Positions 53,310 to 64,000 of a stretch of DNA of 64,000 nucleotides are shown piece after piece. Under the pieces are notes generated by a model. It was not told the DNA's origin and ran no database searches. It saw only the letters and a program-made list of their open reading frames with translations. Within the stretch, counting starts at the first letter, position 1. Every line of letters begins with the position of its first letter. The stretch spans positions 38,440,001 through 38,504,000 of the forward strand of contig OX597831.1 of NCBI GenBank assembly GCA_951406725.2, given 5' to 3'. The stretch comes from Octopus vulgaris (Eukaryota). The position numbers were made by a program, and so were the translations under genes.

Positions 53310-54018
53310 ATGAATGGATGGAGGGGGGGAGGGATGGACGAAAAAGTTTATAAAAGGATTTCTAGACCGCTGATTTTAACCATGAAGGTAGAAATAATTT
53401 TTTTGAAATTGAAAAAAATGGGTATTGAGTTAAGAGACAAACACATTGAATTCTTACTATGTGAATCAACTTCGTATCACAAGTCTTCTTAAATAGATTC
53501 TGTAAGCAACATAATGATTGGTAAATGATATTGAAAAGTTTTTGTTGCAAGCTCAGGTTCAAGATTTCAATGCCCTTTTATTCTTTGTGGCCAAAGCATG
53601 TCTGAGTTCTTCATAGATAAACCTCCTCAAAAATATTGATGTAGAATATCTTTTATCCTGTTTTTCTTTCAGTCTCGTGGCTGTCCCTATGCTGCGTCAC
53701 CGCTTTGAAAATTTATTAGACCCTGTAATTCTTGTTTATAAGATTGATTCTTTGTTCCAGCAACTAAGTTAAGGGAACGTTAAGTGGATCCTTATATATG
53801 GTAAGTGGAGAAATATATATCTTGAAATTGGAATTATGTTGAATAAACATGGAATTTCTTCAAGAATTTACTGCCGCCTGGAAATGATCCTAAACCGAAG
53901 CGTTGAATAATTCAAAAGTATAACATAAACTGTTCCTAAGCCTTATTTATCATCAGGGCAAATTCTGAAACAATGCTGTTAAGCAGAATAGCAATTATTT
54001 CCCGATTAAAAATCGATA

Positions 54019-54187
<169 letters not shown>

Positions 54188-54613
54188 GGTGAGTATAACT
54201 CCAAACTTACAGGGAAAAATTCAATTTAGTATTAAATCGAATTTCACAATATAAATATATAAAATATAAATTAGATATAAAACCACTATTATGCAACTCA
54301 AACAGTGAGGGACATAAAGCAAAACATTAAAAAACAAATAATGCATATTTTTATAAAACATATAACTAGATCTTAAAAAGTATAAAAATGATTTTATATA
54401 TATATAACAATGATGAAATCCTTGTATCAAATCATGCAAGTGCAACCGATGTTTTTTATTTATTTATTCACATTAAAAGTTTTGTCCAAATTTTAAATCA
54501 ACATGAATATATAGAGGATGTAATCCCTGAGTCGAACAAAACGACATTTCTTCAGTGTAGTCACAAGTCGGGTTAAAAATACTAGCCAGTGTTCCATCAA
54601 CGTGTCGTCTTAC

Positions 54614-54771
54614 AAAAGGAAGATCGCATTGATTAAAGTAGACCAGAATACAATATGTCGAGAAGACATAATCGGATTGTTTCCAATCAGCTTGAAAGTC
54701 TTTGTTCATAGGTCTGCGTCTTCTGAGTCGGCCTGGAGCTGAACAACAACACCAACGACTACAAGAACAAT
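54614..54771 (-). CDS. Candidate internal exon of an unidentified host gene (158 nt, phase 1 to phase 0)
   Basis: Strong acceptor CTTTTCTTTTCTCTTCAG| and donor |GTAAGA. One frame is open: CSCSRWCCCSAPGRLRRRRPMNKDFQADWKQSDYVFSTYCILVYFNQCDLPF. The protein is not recognised and this could be a UTR exon. Confidence 0.45.
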
Positions 54772-55570
54772 CTGAAGAGAAAAGAAAAGCAGCTGTTACA
54801 TAATACGACGAAAGCTCAATACATGCATCTGGTTGATGAAATGTCAGAGACATATTCTGAGATAACGGCTTGTGGACAATGAGTGATTCACATTGTCTAC
54901 AATATGCAGGATATTGCTTTTATCGATGGCCGTACGATTTATAAATGTTAACCATATTGATTTTCTTCAAAAGGTCAGTTAGAGTCTTAATAACAACTAA
55001 CCTCTGATAAATTCCGTGACAGCTGCAGTAATAGATTTCAACAACGACATTAGTATTACTGTGACTCTTAATTTTAAAATATGTTATAATTGTAGATGTA
55101 CAAAATTGCAGAGACAGTAGTATTAATATCAGACTAGTAGGTGAAGGTCGATAAGCAGTCTACGGCTTTTGAGCAATAATGACACAGAAAAAATATAAAC
55201 TCATATGTTCTATATAAAACGTAATTACTAAAGAAATATAATTAAATTTTGATTAATTATTTTTTTTTTCTGTTTTAATAACTATTATTTGCATTCAGGG
55301 CAAAACTAAAAATTTTCGAAGAAATAAAAAAAAAACGATCGATTGCACTTGTATCAATCGATTTTCTTTGATTCTTACAAATTGAATGTAATTATACTAC
55401 TGTTCCACTCATCGAGTAAGTGAACCAAACGAAATTTAAAACAAAATAAAAAACAAGAAAGAGCAAGTAGACATACGTACACAGTATTTTATTATAAAGC
55501 TCGAAGTGTTATTTGACCAAATATAAAGAAATATAACGAAAACAAAAGGAATTTTCTCCCTCTCTCTCTC

Positions 55571-55619
<49 letters not shown>

Positions 55620-55662
55620 GGGGTTTAGATGATCGAAAGAATACCGTACAGTATATTGCATA

Positions 55663-55884
55663 ATCTCTCTTTTTCTCTCTTTTACTTGTTTCAGTCATTT
55701 GACTGCGGCCATGCTGGAGCAACTTTTTATTCGAACAAATCGAGCCCAGGACTTATTCTTTGGAAGCCTCGTAATTGTTCTATCGGTCTCTTTTGCCGAA
55801 CCACCAAGTTACGGGGACGTAAACACACCACTATAGGTTATCAAGCGATGTTGGGGGGGTCAAACACTGACACACAAGCATACA

Positions 55885-55943
<59 letters not shown>

Positions 55944-56127
55944 GCAAATATATACATTTATACGACAGGATTCTTTCAGTTTCCGTCTACAAAATCCAGT
56001 TACAAGTCTTTAGTCGGCTCGAGGCTATAGTAGAAGACACTTGCCAAAGGTGCCACGCGCAGGGGGAATGAACCCGGAACCATGTGGTTGGGAAGCAAGC
56101 TACTTACCACACAGCCATTCCTGCGTC
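55663..56127 (-). mobile_element. SINE family A, full length
   Basis: Homologous to 9428-9832. Confidence 0.9.
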
Positions 56128-57896
56128 TATGAAGCACTATGACGAAGTCTCCTCAAAATACTCCGAGAAGTCTGTGAGCCCTGGATAGTGTAGAGCAAAC
56201 AAACGAGACTACAGAACCAATTCCACATTTATTGCTTCGTTGTATATTCTCGAGCAGGACAAAATCCCTGATTCTGAAGATCTCCAACGAGCCGAACGTT
56301 CCTAGCCTATGCAACCACTTTCAAAAACAAAAACGGGATGGCCACGGACGCAACTTACTGCTGGGGCGGAGCATCTAAAAAATCAGCGCCTATATTGAGA
56401 ACTCTCCCAGGAAAAAAGGCACAATTTTCGAGAGTATGTGGTGATTCGAAGACCTCATGAATATAGATCTGTAATACATCTTAGTTATGGCTGCATTTGG
56501 GAGCTGCTTATGAAAATCCTCCTCAAAGGGCTGTTTGTTTTATACAAGGTATAGAAGCCGCTGAAATTAAAACAGTTGCTGCTACTGTTATTGAGAAGAA
56601 CCATTGAGGCAAACCTAGAACTACCATTTCTTTAAGTGTTGATTCTTCCTATTGGAGCCTTACAGGGAAGACAGGGTTCCGAGGGGGCTGCTTAGCTCTT
56701 ATAAGTTATCTCTGAATAGACCAATCGTTAGTGAGAGCAATTTGTTAGACAAAAGCAATATGTTGTGATTTAAGTGAGATTTAGATTCCATTTCTTACAA
56801 ATCGAGTGAAATAAAACAGCTGGATTTTGTGAGTGTTGTTATGTATATATATATACATAGGTCTCCGTACATCTAAGCTAACGCTAGCAGATAAGAAAGC
56901 AACGTGACATGGAGGAAATTACATAAACTCGGAAAAGGAAACAAACACGAGATAAAGGCCTTAATAAACATCTTAATACTTATAAAAATGCCTAATTTTA
57001 GTTTAACATTTATCAGTAATTTTATTTTGTGAAAACCGAATTGATTAGATGTTCACAATATATTTTACTCCACTTTCGTATATAGTCATACAATTAGCAA
57101 ATGATCGAGTGTTTATCAAGAGTAAAAAGGCAAACCCACTTTCTGAGAATTTGTCAATAAAAAGAAGTACGAAGTGCTTGGAAACCTGAAGAATGAGAAT
57201 AGCAAGAGAGCTTCCATATTGCCTGAGGGTTAGTTAGGAAAACCAGCCAATCCTCTATTTAAAAATCCTCCATCCAAACGGATGTGCACATCGGATAATG
57301 TACTACACGCTATATTATACCCGAATAAAATTAAAGCTGTGATTTTATCTTAGTAAAAATCTCTCCCTCTTTCTTTCTCCCTCTCTCTGTCCCCCTCACT
57401 CTGCCCCATTCTCTCTGTCCCCCTCTATCTGTCCTGTCCCTCTCTCTCTCTCTGGTTCTCTTTCCACTTCTATTCTCCTCGCTATTCAGACCTTGTAGCG
57501 CTTGAACAAAGTAAATCTGACTAAAATTCACTCTTCATAACATTAATATCAAATGACCGTTTATAGTGCATACATACTAGAATCAGGCCGTTCTAGCCTG
57601 CACTAATTTCTATAAATATCCTTCAGCTGAGAACCTGGATTGCTAAATTCCTTCATAGGTCTCCAGGGTTGTTCGCATGTGATCAGTTCGAAATAGCTAA
57701 ATCTATAGCATAACCGATTTCAAATTGTCCATTGCAGATAAAATTCTAATTTAAGACTATATACAAATGTTTCTTTATGCAAACGTTCCTTGACGCAATT
57801 TACATAAGCTAAGTTAGCTCAGAGTTAAATTGAATATGCTATAAGTATTACAACTAAATTCGTCAGTGTTAGAAGAAAAGTATGCCTTGTTTAAAA

Positions 57897-58492
57897 GGCG
57901 GCGAGCTGGCAGAAACGTTAGCGCGCCGGGCGAAATGCTTAGCGGTATTTCGTCTGCCGTTACGTTCTGAGTTCAAATTCCGCCAAGGTCGGCTTTGCCT
58001 TTCATCCTTTCGGGGTCGATTAAATAAGTACCAGTTACGCAATAGGGCCGATGTAATCGACTTAATCCGTTTGTTTGTCCTCTCTGTGTTTAGCCCCTTG
58101 TGGGTAGTAAAGAAATAGGTATTTCGTCTGCCGTTATGTTCTGAGTTCAAATTCTGCCGAGGTCGACTTTGCCTTTCATCCTTTCGGGGTCGATTGAATC
58201 AGTACCAGTTACGCACTCTAGGGTCGATATAATGGACTTAATCCGCTTGTCTGTCCTTGTTTGTCCTCTCTGTGTTTAGCCCCTTGTGGATAGTAAAGGA
58301 ATAGGCATTTCGTCTGCCGCTACGTTCTGAGTTCAATTTCCGCCGAGGTTTGACTTTGCCTTTAAATCCTTTCGGGATCGATAAATTAAGTACCAGTTGT
58401 TCATTGGGGGGGGGGGTGTAATCGACTTCATCCCTTTGTCTGTCCTTGTTTGTCCCCTCTATGTTTAGCCCCTTGTAGGTAATAAAGAAAAT
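57897..58492 (+). mobile_element. SINE family B, trimeric copy with TSD
   Basis: One head plus three tandem ~185-bp units. 19-bp TSD AAGTATGC(C/T)TTGTTTAAAA at 57878-57896 and 58493-58511. Confidence 0.92.
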
Positions 58493-58831
58493 AAGTATGC
58501 TTTGTTTAAAAGATGTCTTAGAAACTATAAGCTACGGAGATAGACCCTAGATTTTTCTACTTCGTTTTGGAAAATAGCAAGAAAAAATTAGCAAAAAAAG
58601 ATGTTGAATGTACTTGGGTAACGATTTTGATCCGGTTTTACAGCGATGCTAAAATTTTATAACTATAAAAATCGATATCTCATATTTCAATCAAAAATAA
58701 GAACAAAAGAATATAGGAAAGAAACCGTTTCTCCCAAAAGACTGAGTAGTTCGCTATTACTTAATGTACGTACCTACTCACAAACTAGACATACCTAAAT
58801 TTATATATTTATGAACGTATCTGTCTTTGCA

Positions 58832-58887
<56 letters not shown>

Positions 58888-59217
58888 AATATACGTGCTC
58901 ACTACATATATACGCATATATGTACATATAATACATATATGTAGGCATGCAATATTAAACATATTAATACGTACACGTATGTATACATATATATATATAC
59001 ATGCATACATACATATATACACATATGAATATATATATATATATACATACTAGAATTTTATGTATACATATGTAATAGTGCATTGTGCATATATATATAT
59101 TTATACATATTTATAACAGACTTTGTATATGTCTGTATACATTATGTATATATTTATATAGAAGTATATAATATATAAATCTTTCTAGTAATACGTATTT
59201 ACATAGGTATAATAATT

Positions 59218-59260
<43 letters not shown>

Positions 59261-59792
59261 CACATGTCATGTATGTGTTATATTTAAATTTATGCATATG
59301 TATACACACATATGAGTGTGTGTGCGTATATTTCACGCGTGTGCGTATGTGTATAGATGTGTTTTATTATTAGCCTTCGAGTATTTTCTCATACATTATG
59401 GAGAAATAGAGGAATATTCTGTATTGTCTTCTAGGACATTACCATCAAACATTTCATTCATTAATTTTTTCATGGACGTCAGAATGATCATTTATTATTG
59501 ACGGTAAAATTTTCGGCGTAATAAATAACAAAAGTGAAAAGGAATAAAGAAATATCAGAAATCGAAGATATAACGTTGCAGAGAATTAGAAGAATGTGTT
59601 AAAGACTATAAAAGCAAATATATATAAGAATGGTATTTTGCTTGGATGCTTTGATGTGAAACTGCGAAGATTGTTAAGCTTCTGCCTCAGCCACTATTTG
59701 AATTATAGCAACAAGACGGGCGGTGGGGATCATCACCAAGCGGTCTCTACCCTGTGTTCCTGAGAAAGAGCTGCGGTTGTTTCGGTATAATA

Positions 59793-60010
59793 CGAGTGGG
59801 TGCTAAAAAGATCCTGGCGTTAAGGGTATCGCGAAAGGACGTGTTAGAGTACCCAGCATTCCGAGTTCTTTTATAGGGCTTAGAAAAACTGAAGGAGTGC
59901 TGAAATAAGTGTGTGAATCTGCGAGGGCAATATGTTAAATAAGATCATAATGAACTGATCCTCCAGTATTGTCTTTTACCCAAGGCCAGGAAATGTTCAG
60001 CACGCCCTCG
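59793..60010 (+). mobile_element. 218-bp mariner-derived MITE
   Basis: TA TSD and imperfect TIRs CGAGtGgGTGCTaAAaagaTCCTGGC / GCCAGGAAATGTTCAGCACGCCCTCG. The interior encodes GLEKLKEC*NKCVNLRGQYVK*, a mariner C-terminus. Confidence 0.8.
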
Positions 60011-60126
60011 TATTCGACTATACTATTGTATGTTCTTTGCTATATGATACATGCACATATTTATTCTTATCTTTCTTTACGTACTGTATACACACACACA
60101 CGCGCGCAGAGGCATATGTATACAGG

Positions 60127-60170
<44 letters not shown>

Positions 60171-60278
60171 AACACATACTACATACACACACGCGCACAC
60201 ACACGCACAAATGCAAGTCCATATATAAGTTCTTACATATATATGAACGAACACCTGAATGAAAACTTTATATATATA

Positions 60279-60314
<36 letters not shown>

Positions 60315-60336
60315 CATGTATGTATATACGAAGACA

Positions 60337-61289
60337 TGAATGAAAACATATTGTGGATCATTCTGAAGGTGGAGAAAGTCAACGCAAAACCGCAGGAAAT
60401 CTTGGGATTCCGATCTCTACAGTTAATAGAGTGATTGCGAAATTCACTTGAGGGGGGAATGAGTCTACTTCCCCTCGCCCAGATGAATCAGCCCCATCCC
60501 CTGACAGGACCTTTCTCTTTGCAAAGAGAAGTGCGGAGGATAATCCCCATTGCAAGGCCTCTGACATTGCAGAACAATTTGATGTCAGTCCCACAGCAGC
60601 TGTCAGGGATCTCCGCAAGCTTGGTTACTACGGCAGAGCAGCAAGAAGGAAGCCACTTCTTCGACCAGCCAACATCAAGCAGAGAAATGTGAGATGGTGG
60701 AGAGTCCACAAGCATTTTGGGATATTGTAATATTCTCTGATGAGTCCAGATCTTCTGTATTTCTTGAGAGTGGTCAAGCGCGGGTCTGGAGACTCTGTTA
60801 TCAAGAATTTTGTGTGGAAAGATTTCAGCCCAAAAATGAAACACGGCAGCAATTCTGTGATGGTTTGGAGAGCAATTTGGAGCAATGGTTGATCAGAGCT
60901 GGTGTAGTGTGAGGGAAACATAAACTCAGACGAATTTGTGTCCATATTGCCGAAAGGCTTTCTACCAATCTTCTCCAGTGGTGAAATGATTAAAGTAGAC
61001 TATTTATGGGATGAGGCTCGTTGTCACTCCAGTAAAATTACCCAAGATTTATTGGATGAAAATGGCATTAAAAAGCCAGTCACCAGATATGAACTCGATT
61101 GAACACCCTTGGGACATAATGGACAGGACACTTCATAATAAGAAGAAAGCATCTTCAAAGCCAGATCTTTTGAGATTATTGCATGAAACTTGGCAAGAAA
61201 TTTCGCAAGAGAATACTCATTTGGTCAGTAACATGCCTAATAAGGTTCTTACATTGAAAAATGCAAAGGACATGTCTACCAAATATTGA
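60337..61289 (+). mobile_element. Tc1-family transposase pseudogene (DD34E type)
   Basis: [22 protein letters not shown] (HTH), W..VIFSDESR, QSPDMNSIEHPWD and SNMPNKV...NAK...TKY*, with multiple frameshifts. TIRs not seen. Confidence 0.85.
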
Positions 61290-61649
61290 ATATTTACTTG
61301 AGGGATAAAAAAGGTGTTAGAATGTAGGAGGTTGCTCTGGAGGAGTGCTGTTGGCAATTTGATTAAGGCAGACATAATGTGCAACAGAAATATTATTCGT
61401 AACCAGAAAGATGTCAGAAAAAGGGATTTCTGACTAAGGACAAGCGGATATCAAGATTGAAGTTCTGAAGGAGGGCATTTTGTCAATCAACATCTTTTGA
61501 ATTCGTAGGTCACTTCTTTTCTTTCTTTGCAGTTCCTTACGCTACAGTAGCGTCAGGCTGTATCTGGAACAAAGAGTTATAAAAAGTATCAAGCAGAGTA
61601 GCTAGCCTAGGAACGGGAATGGAATAAGTCCAGGCTGTAAGCAACAAAA

Positions 61650-62090
61650 GAGTTATTTCTTTAGGTGAAAGGTAAATCATATGATGATAATTAACAACGA
61701 AGGAGGATTAGTAGCACGAATAAGAACCGGGTGGAAAATGTCTTACGAAATTGGCAACAAAAAGATTCTTTCTCCGGGTGAAGTAGAGACTGTATGACGC
61801 TTATGGCCAAATTATTAAGTTTCATGATAGTGAAACGAAAAGTTATAATGCAAAAAGTCTGCGATGGCTAAAAAAGAAAAGATGTGTATATGCAAGGCTG
61901 GGTATATAAAGTCAGTATGCAATACAGAAAAAGTGAAAAACTGTGTGGAATAGAAATGAAATGTGGTGTGTTAGAGAAAATAACTAATGTGGCACACAGT
62001 TATGTAAAACAAATGAAGAATGGCAGTGGGTGTCGAAGAAATAGTGAAGTTGATCAAAGGAGAATGGAGATCTTGAAAGAGATGACAAAG
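61650..62090 (+). mobile_element. Highly degenerate RTE-clade LINE fragment
   Basis: VARIRTGWKM...LRVK*RLYDAY...HDSET resembles the RTE post-RT motif ARIR.GW.K...RVKGRLY.A.V..MLHGSETW. Confidence 0.55.
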
Positions 62091-62145
62091 AATAATTACA
62101 TAGACACACACACGTGTGTGTGTGTGAATGTATGTGTGTATCTGT

Positions 62146-62169
62146 AGAGATAGATAGATAAATAGATAG

Positions 62170-62206
<37 letters not shown>

Positions 62207-62288
62207 TAGTGATAGAAAGATAGATAGATAGATAGGTAGATAGATAGATAGACAGACAAACAAACAGACATACAGACAGACAGACAGG

Positions 62289-62336
<48 letters not shown>

Positions 62337-62337
62337 C

Positions 62338-62376
<39 letters not shown>

Positions 62377-62410
62377 CAGATAGATAGAAAGATAGATAGA
62401 TAGATAAATA
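62146..62410. repeat. (GATA)n/(GACA)n microsatellite
   Basis: Directly visible. Confidence 0.95.
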
Positions 62411-62617
62411 TACAATGTCTAGAGAAAAAGAGCATAAACAATGATAACGATGTAATTCTGCTCGGAAAGAACAGAAAAAATGATTTAGCGCTTCCGAATA
62501 AAAATTATTTCTTAAGAAACGGGATTTAGAGCTGAATGACGTTTCTTGGCAGAGATGTTGTTCCAGTCAAGGGAGATAAGACATACATGAATGATTCATA
62601 CCGTGTGTAAATATAAT

Positions 62618-62669
<52 letters not shown>

Positions 62670-64000
62670 GTGTGTTTGCTAATGCGTTCGACGATAATGT
62701 CTTTTATACGTCTACATGTATGTACTTATATGTATCTTACGTTATGTTATTATGTGTGGTAAACATATAACACATTATGAAAAATGTTTGAAGTTCTACA
62801 TAGATAAGTTAACAATATGAAAGATATTTTGTCTGAAATAACAATAATTACACTTTTACTGCTGAGAAATCACAGTAAACTCTATTAGTTCCGTTCGTTA
62901 TTATCTAACAAATTCCTTTGTATATTTTTTCTTCTACAACGACAAAATGTCTTACCTCCCGAGAAATTCATTCAAATCTGTCTAGCTTCTTGACGAAAGA
63001 CCATAGAACGCGACAATGAACAATATCTTTGTTCATCCTTCTATACAGGAATCATTTCCAGTACTCTAGCATGATTTTCCGATTTTTCATGCCAAAGATC
63101 TTTTGGGTGGTGAAGGAAGAGAGAACATTTTTCATTTGATTTCAAAACTTCAAAACCTGACACTAACCAAGAGTTGGTTCGATACTCGATTCTCGGATTG
63201 AAATCTATGTGATCTTCCATATACTTTTTACGACAAAATGCTGAATCAAGCTATTATTCCTCGATAAAATACAAACTTCTTTACTTCACCAATTGTGTAG
63301 AAGTGAGAGTATATTTTTCGTCATTTAAATGCTTCCATAAACACACAGATAGCAACATACTGGAAAAGTGAAAAACAAAAGCCCCGCTTAAAAATATGCA
63401 CACATTCATATACATAAGAATTTACATGTATAATTAGTAGCTTGCAGTTAATTATTTCCATTAATTAAAACAAATCTTGTTGAAAGCCAGTCTCCTACTT
63501 CAAATATATTGTCTGAAAGATTACATTATTTTCATTTTCTAAAATTAAATTACCTGAATTCCAATATTACAGGAACTGGCCTATATTGTCTTCTTTGACG
63601 ATGAGCTAGATCGATACGATAAATGAATTACCTTGTCTTTCGTCGTTCATTTAGTTATTTTCTACAACTGTTTGTATCATATTCTTCCTTAAATGATCAT
63701 GATTTTATCACAAGGCTCTGCCGCACAGGATATTTCAGACTTAAAAAAAAAAAAAACTAAGTGGAAATTATAAATACATATGGGAATGTAAACATCTATG
63801 CACCTATATAAGCTTCTGCGCAGTTTACTCGACGAAACTGAAGTCACAAACTTTGGATCAACAAAAGATTACACCAGAGAATGCTTTCGACGTTCAGAGC
63901 AGCGTGATCAAAACAAACCATGAGACTGCAAATCGAACAAAGCCATTTTGGGGAGTATGTAATGTCCGTTCTCGCATATAGCTGTTATGTAAGTGTGCAT

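Noticed and set aside
53920-53962. Minus-strand CTGATGA TAA...TTA GGAAC
   Set aside because: Core mismatch (GGAA) and no stem I pairing.
57897-58492. Regularly spaced repeats suggestive of a CRISPR array
   Set aside because: The ~185-bp units are wholly repeated with no unique spacers, in a eukaryotic SINE context with no cas genes.

Overview
AT-rich, microsatellite-dense eukaryotic non-coding DNA. The repeat content (tRNA-headed SINEs with internal (TA)/(TG) tracts, Nin/Deu-like SINEs, very long (TA)n and (TTA)n tracts) suggests a coleoid cephalopod, probably Octopus; this is an inference. No intact protein-coding gene is visible. Most ORFs in the track are microsatellite artefacts, and only two candidate minus-strand host exons were found (54614-54771 open in one frame, 26301-26555 non-coding). 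The window holds many transposon classes: R4/Dong-type RLE retroelement fragments in (TAA)n, a HERO-type fragment in (TA)n, an L1/Tx1-like deletion derivative, an RTE remnant, Penelope-like (PLE) ORF remnants, mariner/Tc1/pogo derivatives, an internally deleted hAT Buster/Charlie element, non-autonomous Helitron-like elements and four SINE families. Two things stand out. First, at least six mutually unrelated, non-coding PLE-type modules each carry a minimal type I hammerhead ribozyme (CUGANGA...GAAAC-palindrome-GUH); five are fold-back elements, and four of these carry the full core on both strands. Second, a nearly intact CryptonA-like tyrosine-recombinase element (513 codons, three in-frame stops, no frameshift) has an extra N-terminal beta-rich domain and a ~160-bp terminal palindrome with phased ACTCG mismatch bubbles. 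All calls were made by eye, without database searches or folding software.
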